The notes under the pieces: generated by a model
Database searches by the model: none
What the model saw: only the letters and a program-made list of their open reading frames with translations
Told to the model about the DNA's origin: nothing
Program-made: the position numbers and the translations under genes
Part shown: piece after piece, positions 24,231 through 37,770 of the stretch
How the letters are laid out: the number at the start of each line of letters is the position of its first letter
Position numbering within the stretch: position 1 is the stretch's first letter
NCBI RefSeq assembly: GCF_018977255.1
Contig: NW_024704742.1
Span: forward strand, 79,548,001-79,612,000
From: Callorhinchus milii
Taxonomy: Eukaryota
DNA length: 64,000 nucleotides
Direction of reading: 5' to 3'

Positions 24231-24887
24231 ATTGGCTGACGCGTTTCGCCCACAAAATATACAGTCAATTCACTTAACAGTATACAACAAAATTACACTT
24301 GTATTGCGCCTTTCACATCGGGGGGACGTCCCAAGGCGCTGGACAGTGTACAGCATTTCAGACCTGAGCTGGGGTCAGGGGGGAGAACGGAGAGGAAGGG
24401 AAGGGGGGTGAACAATGGCATAGTCAAAGAGGAGGGTTTTGAGGTGGGACTTGAAGGAGGCTAAGTAGGGGCAGAGTGGTTGGGGGATGGTATTCCAGAG
24501 GTTGGGGGCAGAGTGGCTGAAGGCTCTCCCAACAATGGTGGGGCGGGTGGGTCGGGGGACGTAGAGCAGGCCGGATCCGGCTGAGCGGAGGGAGCGGGCG
24601 GGCTGGTAGGGTGTTAGGAGGTCTCAGAGGTAGGGTGGGGCGAGGCCATGGAGGGCTTTGTACATAAGGACCAGGATTTGAACTGGATCCTCTGAAGGAT
24701 AGGGAGCCAATGGAATCGGGCAAGAGTGGGGGAGATGGGGTCACGGAGTTTGGTGAGTTGAAGCACTCACCAAGGACTCACTCACCCGTGAGTTGAAACT
24801 GAGGTATATGCTGTGAAGCACTTTGAGACATCTCGAAGACATGATAAGGCGCTATATCAAATACAAGGATTAATATTATTATTATTT
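24231..24887 (+). mobile_element. SINE 3' part split by an L2 insertion
   Basis: 24231-24284 continues at 24804-24887; GTATA is duplicated. Confidence 0.8.
24285..24758 (-). mobile_element. L2 3' fragment nested in a SINE
   Basis: CAA tail, stem-loop and ORF2 C-terminus. Confidence 0.92.
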
Positions 24888-25553
24888 AAAAGCTGTTGAC
24901 ATAAATAACAACAAAACTAATGGAGTTATTTTCATCAACGCACTATGTGTTTACTTCACAGCATCTGTCGCAATGCAAAGAATATTTTACATACTGGAAT
25001 AATGCAGCATTATTATAGGGTCTATTTATGCCACTGAGGATTAGGATAGTTTATCACATTCTTGCTCCACTGGCTCCCAATCACCGAACAAAAATTGATT
25101 TCAAGATCCTCTCACTTATTTTGAAATCCCTTCATGCCTTCGCACCTCCCTACCTATCCCACCTGCTTAACCCCCATTCCACCACCCAGTTGTTGTTCAT
25201 TTAATTGATGCTGTATTATCTCATTTTTTGTTGTAGAGTTTGTTCTGTTAGAAACAAACCTCTAACATTTCTTGTTAAAGCTGCTGTGCTGTGACGCAGG
25301 TGGTCAGACCAATGGCTGCTTGATGGAGAGTTGTGACACACTGCAGCTTGTATACCCAGTCTCTGCTGTTTATGTTCTCAACTGCACTACTCTAGGCAGA
25401 TGAGGAGGAAAGGACACTTGCCTCGCCATGAGAAGGAATGATCGAAAAAAAATCAGAGAACAAGAGATGTGTCCAGGTCTCTTCTGCACAGCTCATTCAT
25501 ATCAACCAGCAAAGAGCGTTAAAGAAAGCGAGGCAGGCAGCTTTCTGCTACGG

Positions 25554-27250
25554 CAACAACAACAACAAGATTACACTTGTATGGCTCCTTTCACGTCAAG
25601 AGGACGTCCCAAGGCGCTGGACAGAATGCAGCATTTGAGACCCGAGCTGGGGTTGGGGGGGTAAGGGAGGGGAGGGGAAGGGAGTTAGCCGATGGCATGG
25701 TTGAAGAGAAGGGTCTTGAAACGGGACTTAAAGCAGGCTAAGGAGGGGGCGAGGCGGAGTGACTGGGGGCAGAGTGGATGAAGGCTCTCCTGCCAATGGT
25801 GGGGCGGGTGGGTCAGGGGATGTGGAGCAGACCAGAGCTGGTTGAGCGGAGGGAACAGGTAGGTTGGTATGGGGTTAGCAGGTCGCAGAGGTAGGTTGGG
25901 GCGAGGCCATGGAGGGCTTTGTATGGGAGGACCAGGATCTTGAACTGGCTCCTCTGAAGATAGGGAGCCAATGCAGTCAGGCGAGAGTGGGAGAGACGGG
26001 GTCACGGAGTTTGGTGCGGGAGAGGACGCGGGCTGCAGAGTTCTGGATTATCTGCAGCCTGTGGAGGGGGGAGTTGGGAAGGCCGACAAGCAGGGCATTT
26101 GCATAGTCGAGCCTGGATGTGATGAAGGCATGAACAAGAGTTTCAGTGGCCTGAGGGGTGAGATAGTGGCGGAGTTGGGCGGTGTTACGGAGGTGGGGGA
26201 AGGCAGAGTGGGTCATGGCTTGAATGTGGGGGAGAAAAGACAGTTGAGGGTCGAACAAGACCCCTAGGTTCCTGACTGTCTTGGTGAGTTGTAGTGTGTA
26301 ACCATGGAGGTTGATGCTGCCAGAGCTGAGGTGCTGAGGCGCTGTTGTGAGCCAATCAGGAGGGCCTCAGTCTTGTTCACATTCAACTATAGGAGATTTG
26401 CCCTCATCCAGGACTTGATGTCCAACAGACAGTCTGTCAGGAGAGCAGTGGTCCTGGAGTTGAGGGTGGAGGCAGAAAGATAGGGTGTCATCCGCATACA
26501 TGTTTGAGGATGATGTCACCAAGAGGGAGCATGTAGATATTAAAGAGGAGAGGGCCAAGTACAGAGCCCTGGGGGAGGCAAGATGTGACAACGCGGGGGC
26601 TGGAGGAGAAACCGTTAGAGACGATGAAGTGGAGACGGTGAGAGAGATAGGAATCGAACCAGACAAGGGCAGATCCGTGAAGATTGAGTAAAGCGGAGAG
26701 GCGGTGTATGAGGATGGAGTGGTCGACAGTGTCAAAGGCAGCAGAGAGGTCGAGGAGGACAAGGAGGCAGAGGGAGCCCTGATTACAGATGTCATTAGTG
26801 ACTTTGACCCGGGCTGTTTCCGTGCTGTGGGCAGCTCGGAAGCTGGATTGGAGGGCTTCAAAGAGTGAGGAAGGAACGGAGCTGGGACACGATGACTCGT
26901 TCCAGGACCTTGGAGAGGAATGGGAGGTTAGAGATGGGGTGGTAGCTGGAGAGGAGGGATGGATCCAGGGAAGGTTTTTTCAGGATGGGGGTGATGACAG
27001 CTGTTTTTAGGGGGGTGGGAATGAAACCGGTGGACTGGGAGAGGTTGATGACGTCGGACAGGAGGGGTGCCAGAAGATGGAGCTGGGAGATGAGGAGAGA
27101 GGTGGAGATGGGATCGAGGGAGCATGTGGTGGGTTTGAGTTTGCGGACAGTCTTGGTGAGGGAGGAGGGAGAGATAGGGTCGAAGGAGTATGGGGGACGA
27201 TGGGTGGGGGGTGGGTCATGAGGGAGAGATGATATGGGGGTGGCTGTGAA
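25554..27250 (-). mobile_element. L2 LINE, 5'-truncated, about 1.7 kb, most of the RT domain
   Basis: KPTTCSLDPIST, LKTAVITPILKKPSLDP, YHPISNLPFLSKVLERVI, MYADD and AFITSRLDYANALL; frameshifted; (TTG)n tail. Confidence 0.95.
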
Positions 27251-27377
27251 CAGGCTGACCCTCAACTCCATGTATGTATCCCCTCGATTTTAGATTCGAG
27301 GAAGTTTGTGCTATAGCACAAACATGATCCAAGACGGCCCAGGGCACTGAGGAGAGACTGATTCAAAATCTAAAAAC

Positions 27378-27672
27378 ATAATAATCCTTACGCTTGATAT
27401 AACATTGTTCATGTTAGGGAACCATCTCAATGTGCTTCACAGGATATACTGTAAAGTATATTGACTGTGTATTTATAGGCTAACACAGGAGCAAATTGTG
27501 CACAGCAATGTCCCACAAACATCCATGAATGAAGTGACCAATTTTATTTGGGGGGATTGTCAGCCAGGAAACTAGGTGAAACTCTTTTTTGAAAATGCCA
27601 TTTTTTTTTAAAAGTCCTCCTGAACAGGTCAATGGGACCTTGGTTTAACATTTCATCTGAAGGATAGCATCT
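27378..27672 (-). mobile_element. Deu-domain SINE 3' half
   Basis: Tail and Deu block on the reverse strand. Confidence 0.7.
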
Positions 27673-28409
27673 AATGATGATGATAATAATAATAATAATA
27701 ATCATCATTGATTTCATATCATGCCTTTCACATAAGGTTCTTATTGGAGGATTTTATTCAGCTTTCAACTAATCCTCTCCTTGCAAACCAAGCACCTTAT
27801 TTTTTTTTATTTTCACATGACCAATTTATCTGTGGACTATATTAAAGGTGTAACATCCCTGTTGCTGACTCAGCCATCAGTGAAAATAATCTATAATACT
27901 ACTTACCAGTCTACAACATGGGTACAACAAATACCTTTACCAGCAGTGCCTGGGGAAGTGCTGTTCAGCGGTCACGCTTCATAAACTTGAATAACTATTT
28001 CAGCATCTGTAGTATAGAGCCCTCTGTACACTACTAGTATTGAGCCAGGGGTTGGTTAGCAGTGTCATTTTCAAGCAAAATACATTGTCATAATACATAA
28101 TAATCCTTGCATTTGATGTAATACTTTATCACATCGTTGAGATATCTTTAAGAGCTTCACAGAATTTTACTGTGAAGTGTAGTGACTGTGCATTTGAGGG
28201 CAAACACGGCAGCTAATTGGAACACAGCAATGTCCCAAAATCAGCAATGGAGTGACTGACCAATTTCATTTTGCTGTAAAGTAAAGCATCAAACACTACA
28301 AAGATATTTACAAAAAAATTAAACTCCATAATAGATAGTATTTCAAACACACTGCAGCATTTCACAAGCTTGAGAATTTACAGATGAAGCTTACACTCTA
28401 GCCTTAAGT

Positions 28410-29396
28410 GGTCAACTTCCACATGTATGCGGATGGCACCCAACTGTACCTCTCTGACTCCACCCTTGACTCCAGGACCACTGCTGTTCTGACAGAATAT
28501 CTGTCAGACATCAAGTCGTGGATGAGAGCTAACTTTCCTCAGTTGAACTGCAACAAGACCGAGGCTCTCCTGATTGGCTTCCGTCAGAGCCTCCTCATCT
28601 CATGCACTGACAGCATCACCATCCATGGTTGCACACCCCACCGTGCTAAGCCAGTCCGGAACCTTGGGCTCTTGTTTAACCCTCAACTATCCTTTCTACC
28701 CCATATCTGTGCCACGATCTGCTCTGCCTTCCCCCACCTTCGCAATGTCACCCGGCTCCACCACTGTCTCACACTGCAGGTCGACGAAACCCTCATACAT
28801 GCCTTCATTACATCGAGGCTTGATGATGCAAACTCACTGCTTGTCAGCCTCCTCAACTCCTCCCTCCACAGGCTGCAGATCATCCAGAACTCTGCAGCCC
28901 ATGTCTTGCTCCCCACCAAGCTCCGTGACCCTATCACCCCCATCCTCACCTGACTCCACTGGCTTCCCATCACACAGAGGATACAGTTCAAGATCCAGGT
29001 CATCACCTTCAAAGCCTCCATGGTCTCGCTTCCCCCTATCTCTGCGACCTCCTAAACCCCTACCATCCTGCTCACTCCCTTCGCTCAGCGGGCTCCGGCC
29101 TGCTTCATGCCCCCAGCCTCACTCGCGCCACTATTGGCAGGAGGGCCTTCTGCCACTCTGCCCCCACCCTCTGGACCTCCATCCCGCAGTCCCTCTGCCT
29201 CGCCCCCTTCCTCGCCACCTTCAAGATCCACCTCAAGGCCCTCCTGTGCGTTCGACCACCCTGCTTTCCTCCCTGCCCTCCACCCTCCCCGATCCCAACC
29301 CCACCTTGGGACCGAAACTCTGTCTGTCCAGTGCCTTAGGACATCCTCCTGACATGAAAGGCGCCATACAAATGTAATTTTGTAGTTGTTGTTGTT
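28410..29396 (+). mobile_element. L2 LINE 3' fragment with target-site duplication
   Basis: HMYADGTQLYLS, DIKSWMRANFPQLNCNKTE and TSRLDDANSLL; (TTG)n tail; TTAAGT at 28404-28409 and 29395-29400. Confidence 0.95.
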
Positions 29397-29705
29397 AAGT
29401 TGCTTCTCATTTTGCAGTTTTCAATCATTTGTAAATCGCAACCTATATAACTCAAACCCAGCAGGGACTCCTGTTTTCCGGACATGTAAAGCATTGGGAG
29501 CAGCATAAGGAAGTATGTGAGAGCAGAGTATGCCTTACATTTCTGATTTTTACATAAATCAGAGCTGGTGGCTTGTGTACATCAATTAGCTTTCCAATCA
29601 TGACTCTGCCCAGAATGAATCAGGAAGTCAAGGGAATTGAGTTATGGCAGAAAACAGCAGATTTCTGCCTTGTGACCAGGGGGCAAGACATTTACCATGG
29701 TCTAG

Positions 29706-29845
29706 ACAACAAGAACAAATTACATTTGTATAGCCCTTTCACATCGGGAGGGCATCCCAAGGTGCTCGACGGTCAGGGATTTGTATCCGAGCTGGGGTGT
29801 TGGGATCGGGGTGGATGGAGGGCAGGGAGGGTGAGGTGTGGTTAG
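29706..29845 (-). mobile_element. L2 3' tail fragment
   Basis: Tail, stem-loop and 3' UTR. Confidence 0.8.
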
Positions 29846-29854
29846 GTATGCACA

Positions 29855-30019
29855 ATTTTCCTAGCATTTCAAAGTATTAAGAATTTGGCAAATTCTTAAA
29901 TTCTGTCTTAACTTCAAAGTTTACTGCAGTTGTTAAAGGAAGCTTTAGAAAACCAGCTTAAAAAGTAAGGCTATTTAAAAATATGCTAAATTCTTTACAA
30001 TCTGAAATGCTAGGGAAAT
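29855..30019. mobile_element. Palindromic MITE family A
   Basis: TTTTCCTAGCATTTCA ... TGAAATGCTAGGGAAA; arms pair imperfectly over about 60 nt. Confidence 0.7.
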
Positions 30020-30055
30020 ACTGTAAATGTTGACCCAGGTGAATTTCAGGTCAGT

Positions 30056-30190
30056 TAATAATAATAATAATAATAATCCTTGCATCTGATATAGTGCTTT
30101 TCATGTCTTCTCGATGTCTCAAAGCGCTTCACAGAATAGACTGTAAAGTGAATTGACCGTATATTTGTGGGCAAAACACGGTTGCAATCG
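30056..30190 (-). mobile_element. Young SINE 3' fragment
   Basis: (AAT)n plus the shared tail. Confidence 0.85.
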
Positions 30191-33100
30191 ATCGGCTGGT
30201 GAGTGATTCCCTGCCAAAACATTGCGTGCGTGCACATTAAACTGATACAAAGAATTAATTGTCTTCCCTGTGTGCAGTGCAGAATATCATGATGGTATGT
30301 AAGGGCCATAACATCTGAATGCCTTAGCTTGTATAGAGTCATTAATTAACCCAGGAGGACTTATTAAAGCATGCGCAAGAGCAAAATATGTAGTTGCTTT
30401 AACATTAATGTAGTATAGTATGTAGCACAGAATGCAATGAAAACATTTTTTACTACTGGGTCACCTTCAATGTTCGTAAATGTTCAACTACAAAATACAC
30501 AGTTACTACACTTCATAGTGAATCCTGTGAAAGCTGGTCAGCTTTCTGTGCATACACTGAGCCGTTGGGGAAGGGATTTCAGTAATTGCACACTTTTATA
30601 GCACTGGTTGGCATTTTATGGACCTCAGCCACATATGTTGTTATAATGGGGGTTTATTGTATCCAGCCTGCAATCTTCAGACAATGCAGTGATTTTAATT
30701 CAAAATTCTATATAGACATGATTGTTTGGTGTAAGTGATGGTGAGTGAGAAAAAGGACTGTGCTGATATTACAAGTAGTCTAAGGAAGCTTGTTACCCTC
30801 ATTGTGCCGCCAGTCCATTCTGCTTTATAAGCAAATTTGGATATTCAAAATCTCTTGTGAATGAAACTCCAAATGATCATCCTTAATGGTTGACTTTATT
30901 GTTGCAATTAAACAGCAGACTTCAGTCACTCAGTGCTGCAAAAATGACTGGAAAGTGTTGTTGACTCCATAAAATGTACGGTAGTTAGAAACAAATTACG
31001 AAACAATTTTACCTCAACGTACAAGGATATTACAGTAGTATTTCATTCAAAATGAAACTGAGATTGGTCAGGGCTGCTGAGATTTATTAATTATTCACCA
31101 TCAGGGATATGCAAACTATTCCCATTCTGAGGTTTCTACACTGGGCAGTGTAGTATTGCTAATTCAAATTCTGAGAAAACTCAGCACATCTGGAAGTGCT
31201 GATGTCTTGGTTTCCTGGTATTGTGCTGCTACACATCCTTCCTTCAGATCCATGTCTAAAACAAAATAAAAAGTTATTACTTGGTTACTAAATCCTAATC
31301 CTTCCCCTCCCCAGATTAGAATTATAATAAGTGAATACATCTCCTCCATAATAACACAAGGTCTTTTGTTGGGAATGTTTGTCTTCATTTGAGCTGAGGG
31401 ATATCCATGCTTAACAATTGTACACTTTCTGCATTTGGCACAGATACTTAGCTTCAAGCTCTTCCAGAGCAGATGTATCATTGTCAGAGCAGACGAAAAC
31501 TCCAACTCTGCTCTGCCCAGCATGCTCAGCCCTGACACCAAACTCAGAAAGAAAAGTCAACTGGACCAGAGTGACAATTCTGTCTGTTTACTTAATTAAT
31601 TCTATTTAATTTTACCCATTCTGTAACTTTTGTTTCTGAAATTGCAATTCAATTTTTTCCATTCACAATTACTAAGACACTGAGACCATATGACAACAAC
31701 AACAACAACAACAACTTGCAATTACACACAGGGCAGCATCCCAGAGAGCTCTGATACCCATGTAAAGGGTGCACTGCAAATGCAAGTTGTGGTTGTACTG
31801 GCAATGGCCATACAGCCAGTACCAGGTGTCAGCTGGGCTTAGTTGGTAGCACTCTTGCCTTGGAGTAAGAAATTAATGGGTCAAATCTGTGTAAATACAC
31901 AGGCATTATACTTCACAGTAAACTCTATGAAGCACTTGGCAATGGTTTGATGAAGTGATACGGTGCTATATCAAATGCAAGGATTATTATTAATAATTTG
32001 AGCATTCACTTATCAGCAACAGTAAAGATGAGCCAATAGATTTGTAATAATAATAATTCTTGCATTTGATATAGCCCTTGGGTCTGAGCACCGGAACTAG
32101 GCAACTACTGTCAGCATTGACGGTGAAGTTCGGTTGGAAATAAAATTAATTCCCAATCTAGTTTTTCTGCTCTCACTAGTGGATGGAAATAAGATGTGGG
32201 TAAAAAAAATATGATCCTTAGGCCTTTCTAATTCTTTCAGTACAAGTTAAATAATTTACTTACATCTTACATCTATGTTATCCATTCCACCATACAAAAA
32301 GTATTTAAACAATGTTATCTAATATCTAACGTTTGTGTGCTATAATGATGAATTAGAATATACACTTGGTGGATCCTAAAGTATTAGTCTGGGTTTATGG
32401 TTTCAATCCCATTTAAAATGTTATACTCCTGTATGAGGTCTTTTCTGAGAAGCTTTCTTTTAAGATTGAAGAGCCCCAGGTCTTCTAATTATTGATCATA
32501 ATTCATTCCTCTAAAACTAGGGATCATCCTCATTACTGGCTCTAGTGCTTGGGCAGCCGCTTATGTCCTTCACAAGAACTCATCTCAAATTCACAACTCT
32601 TTAAGTTATTGTCTGAGGATTCCCACTGAAAGATTTTATTGATGATTCATTCCTCTTGGTCAGTGAAGAAACACGACACAGATCTGAACTCACAGGTGTG
32701 TTGTGTGCTTACACATATTCCTGCTGAGTTGGTATTTATAATATCGAAAAACATATATGTTTCTTAGCAGTTTCATTGTTTGGGCCTCTAGCAACTCTTG
32801 TTTGACAAGTAGTAATAGCTTGATTTATTATATGAGAGAAGCACATGTATACCAGGGGCAGAAATCCTTTGGGTTACCAAATCTAATAACATTAATGATG
32901 TGCAATATAATCCAGCCTTCACCTTCCAGTTTATCCAGTTTATAGTTCAGGAGCTAAAACAGTTAACTCCCGGGTCATGAGGCCAAATCTGCACCACTTC
33001 CTGTTTTGTGCAGGAAAAGCTGTGGCTTATGACAATCTTATGATCCAGAAGTCGGCCATTTTTGCGCACAAGCTGGCGCAGGAGATAGAGTTCAGATATC

Positions 33101-35217
33101 CAGTTACTGGAAACCACAGTCTAACTGGATTAAAACAAATTGATGTTATAGTAAAGTGAGTTATAATAGGGTTGCATTTTATTATTATTCCTTTAATCAC
33201 CAAAATGGAGATTGAATAATAAAGCTATCACAAAACATTTGCTATTTTTAGTGATCAGTGTAAAACAGATCATAGTATTTGTTGACCAACCAATGTTGAT
33301 GCCTGCAGTGTCCCCTCAGTGGTCTAACTGAGTAGAGCTCCATTGGATAATCATTATGAATTTGTTAATTCGCGTGGCTTATATTGGGTTTTATAATTTA
33401 CATTATCAGTTCCTTAGGATGTCCCCCCGACGTGAAAGGCACTATACAAATGTAATCTCGTTGTTGTTGTTGTTGCATGTAGATCACCTTTGTTCAATTG
33501 AGTTTTAACGGATCCTTAAAATCACATTGAAATGCTTAATTCTGATAATCTAAAATCGGTAAACCAATCTCCTGATTATGCATTTCAAATTCTGCATAAA
33601 ATAAAAACTACCATATTTTAAGACATTTGTCTTCAAAGCTGAGAAAAGCTTTGATGTGTGGTGATGTCAATTACCTTATAAAAAAAATTCACATTACACA
33701 GACCACCAAATAACAATCCAGTCAGATGTCCAATACTTGACAAAGCCCATCACCATACTTAAGGGTATCCAAACCTGACTGAGAGTTTAACCAACACATG
33801 GAAATTTCCCTACATCAAGCTTGGAGACTCCAGAATGTGCTTTGGGTACTACTGGAGCTAAAGCTGAACAGATGATCATTCAGAATACTAATCTTCCCAC
33901 TGCTTCACCCCGCCCCCCCCCCCACCCCCAGTCACTAGTTGTCAGTTGTCCATTTTACATTCTGTCATTTTATAATACAAGGTGTTGTTAAATGGATGAT
34001 GCTAAATTGTGATCAGGCTAAGAGTATGCACTGCAAGGATAGCGCAGGATTCTGAGGCACTAATTAGATCAAGTAACAATAAATTGCATTTATATAACCC
34101 TTTCACGTTGAGAGAAGGTCCCAAAATAGTCGAGGATTTGCACCTGAGCTGGGTATTGGATTCGAGAGGTATGTGGACAATGGGGTGGAAGTTTGGGAGG
34201 GAAGGTTTTAGATGAAATTAGAAGTGTGAGACCAGAGACTGAGCAGTTTATTATTCTATGAATGCATGAATTGGATTACTTGCCGTAATCTGTTCTCAAC
34301 TTTCCAGTACTTTTTTTGGTAATATATGGATTTTTATTCCGCTGTAAATCTCCATTGCCACCTGCAACTGGCATCTTCATCACTACCGCTGTTGAATGCT
34401 GACATAAGATTAAACTAGACCTGCAGGCTAATGAGCCCTATGGAGAGAAGCATATACGTGTACTGCAGTGATGGAACATAGGTGGAGGAGGATGAAAAAG
34501 CATCATAAAACATGAGATTTAAGATGAGAGGGGATTGCTGTGTTCAACGTTGATAACATACACTAGCCTGAATCTCTGACTTACCCAGCAATTTTTTTTA
34601 AAAAACCCTCAAGATAAGTTGGATCCTGAGTTGAATTTAAGCAGGAGCCAGAGTTGGATCAAAGGGGGCTGGCCAGGAGTCAGTCTAAAGTTTTATACCG
34701 GATCTTACCATGCTCAGTTTCTATTTGCACTGTGCCTGCCCTGGTGGCTGTGAAAGCACAGAGCCATTTTACATACAAAACTCAGCTCCCTGTTCTCATG
34801 AATGAAAAAGGAATTCTTGATCAGCCGGGTGTTTGAAAAATTCAGAAACCCATCACCATGTTTAAAATTATCACACCAAACTGAGAGTTCCATGCATCCC
34901 ACCTACACATGGAAATTCAAGAGATATTTATTGGAATTGACTATTTTACTTGTACTAATGACTAAATCCCTGGGTTTAAGCCTGACCTCCTGTTGCACAC
35001 CCCAAAAGCCTGACCAGTCCAGTGCCAATGCAATCCTGGTGAAAAGCTAGAAAATGAACTAAATGTTTCAGGAGATACTAGATTTGAACCGTAATATTGA
35101 TGTTCTGAGCTTCTGTAGTATACGTATCATCAGTGCCACTGGAAAAGCAATCTGCAGTATGACCCTGGGATTTAATTCCTTGGGAAATAATAGAAAGAGT
35201 TGATATATATATAAACA

Positions 35218-35500
35218 TATAATCCTTGCATTTGATGTAGCCCTTTTCACGTCTTCTAGACATCTCAAAGCGCTTCACAAAATATACTGTAAAGTGAATT
35301 GATTGCATATTTGTGGGCAAAACGTGGCAACCAATTGCACACAGCAGTGTCCCACAAACAGTTGTGGATTGAGTGACCAAGTTATTCTTGTTTTTTTTTT
35401 CTTGAGGGATTATCATCAGGCGTGTGGAGTAAGGAAACTTGCCCAAGGTTTAACTCTGCTGGGAATCAAACCCAGGTCTCTCGCATGCAAGGCTACAGGA
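35218..35500 (-). mobile_element. Young tRNA(Ala) SINE, head partly deleted
   Basis: Reverse complement of the 6620-type element. Confidence 0.88.
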
Positions 35501-35732
35501 TTGTACTATTTGACTCCACCTGACTCAATTGGCAATTCTTCAAATAAAAAGCTATTTCTTACATCATTGTAAAGTGTTGTTGTAGTTGCTTCACATGTAA
35601 TAGAATAACATTCATTTGAGGAGGAGGAGGAGGAGGAAGCGATGACAATCTGCCTGTTGCTTTTTCGTTGTAATTCTTATTGCTATTGCATTGGAATGTC
35701 AACCTAGACTATGAACTCAGAGTCCTGATAAG

Positions 35733-35918
35733 TAGATTTACTCTATTTATGTAGCACTTCAGAGCACCCAGAATTCGGCAAATTCTTGAATTCAGTCTTA
35801 ACTTTCAAGCTATTTTTTTTCCAATTCTTAAACTTTCCAAAAAAATGGCTTCAAAATTAAAGACTAAATTCAACAATTTTGGGGCTTTTTGAAATGCTGC
35901 ATAAATCGAGTAAATCTA
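35733..35918. mobile_element. Palindromic MITE family A (best copy)
   Basis: 29-nt inverted termini TAGATTTACTCTATTTATGTAGCACTTCA / TGAAATGCTGCATAAATCGAGTAAATCTA (26/29 paired). Confidence 0.75.
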
Positions 35919-36217
35919 GGCTGATTTTTTTTCTATGGATTTATTGTGAAATGGAAGAAATTAAAAACATTTGGTTCCATGATTTAACTCCATCAAATAA
36001 TCAGTATCTGCTTGAGGGTATTTCTGGGATTATATTGGGCTTAGTGAAGACTGGAATGAGCAAATAGTCCAGAGAATGCAATGATTTCTGTACTGTAGTT
36101 AAATATTGCACATGGAAATGTTATTCAGGACTTTTAACATGAAACAGTCGGTTAGATTCAATATCTCATCGCCACATTGTAAGTAAGTTAGGAAAAAGCA
36201 TCCAACTTGCATGTCAT

Positions 36218-36332
36218 CAGGTTGTCACTGACATCATTTTCTATGCACCGCGCACATGCTCATTATGTATGGAAAGTAACACTTTTGGAAACTTCCTGCA
36301 CAATGCACAGGATGTGACATCAGTGATGACCC
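36218..36332. repeat. Imperfect palindrome, probably a MITE core (family B)
   Basis: GTCACTGACATCATTTTCTATGCACCGCGCA pairs with TGCACAATGCACAGGATGTGACATCAGTGAT; most mismatches are transitions. Confidence 0.55.
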
Positions 36333-37004
36333 AATAACGAAAAGGCAGCTATTTTAATGCAGGAACTAGCTCATCAGCAACAGAAGCCAGGCTGTCATTT
36401 AGGGTGAGTCTACAGTGGACATAGGTTATAAGCAAGCTATTGCTTTGTTGAAGGCTGTTATAATATGGTTCACTTGAATCTAAGGAAAACAAATCTACTG
36501 TCATAGAGCTGTGATGTTTTATACTCTTCCAATTAAACACCCACACATCGCATGAAACAACCTGGTTGGTGTTTTTAAGACATATATTATCATTCTCAAA
36601 GACTCTCTGTAGTGGTTGTCGCAAGGAATGAGGTAAAACGGCCTTGTGCCAAAAGTCAAAATATTTTTGGAACCCATTTCAAGGTAGAGTACAAAAAATG
36701 ACAGATCGACAGAACAACAAAGCTTGGAAATGGCATTCAGCTTTTTTTTTGTGGCCATGGAAACAGAACTCAACCTGAATCCAGTCCTTGGCATAAAAAG
36801 ATGTCTTTGACAGCCAGTGATGTTGTGATTCAGCCACCTCTACACATGAAAGGCAGTACAATTGACATCCTGATGATGACTGCAGTAGACATGCTAAGAA
36901 AAAGATTTTGTAATCAGAGGCATTCACTGGGAAAACAGAGCATCAAGATGAATTACGCCCAACTTTTTCAGGCAGTCCATCTTCTTCCCTGCTTCACCGG
37001 AATA

Positions 37005-37270
37005 AATCAACAACATGTTGCACTTCAAAGTGCCTTTTACAAGAGGAGAAAATATCTCAAAGCACTTTACAGAGACAGGGTGGATTAAAATCTGAGTAAG
37101 TGCAAAGTGTGGTAAGAAGAAGGCCCTGTTGAAGAGATAAGTTGAGAAAAGCTTGGTTTAAGAGAGCTTTTTTAGAAGAAGAATTTTGAAAGCAGAGAAT
37201 GAGAATGAAGGGATTTGGGACGATGTGTAGTGGCTGAAAGCCGGGGAGGGGGAAAGATTGGTCAAGCGTA
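37005..37270 (-). mobile_element. Old L2 3' fragment
   Basis: Degenerate tail and ORF2 end. Confidence 0.55.
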
Positions 37271-37607
37271 GGTCTGACACATAAAAAAACCATCAGCCTG
37301 CTTGAGAGTTTGATAAATGTTTGCCACCTACACATAGAAATTTCCCTGTATCTATAATTGAATGCAAAATCTCTCCCTGGATTGACAAATCATGATTACC
37401 AAGTTCTGGAGAGTTTTTGGCTCAGTTTACAAGAGCCAGGCTTGAGGACCTCAGAGTGTGTGTTGGATATTGCTGGTTTGACAAGGTAGAACTGCATAGC
37501 TTACTGTTGACAGCATTGTCTGGCAAGCTTTCTGCTGCTTGTACAGCTAGGAATACCAAACCTATTAGGGCTTTGGCTTGCAGGGTTAAGAGGAGCTGAG
37601 TCCACTA

Positions 37608-37770
37608 AAGGTGGTGGAAGCCGATTCAATAACAACTTTTAAGAGAGAAGTGGATAATTATTTGGTGAGGACAAGTTTGCAGGGATATGAGGAGAGTGGG
37701 AGAGTGGAATTGATTTGAATAGCTCTTTTAAAAGAGCCAGCACAGACACAATTATTCTAAAGAATCTGTG
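37608..37770 (+). mobile_element. CR1 3' fragment
   Basis: GGTGGTGGAAGCCGATTCAATAACAACTTTTAAGAGAGAAGTGGAT is nearly identical to the CR1 end at 58138-58270. Confidence 0.85.
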
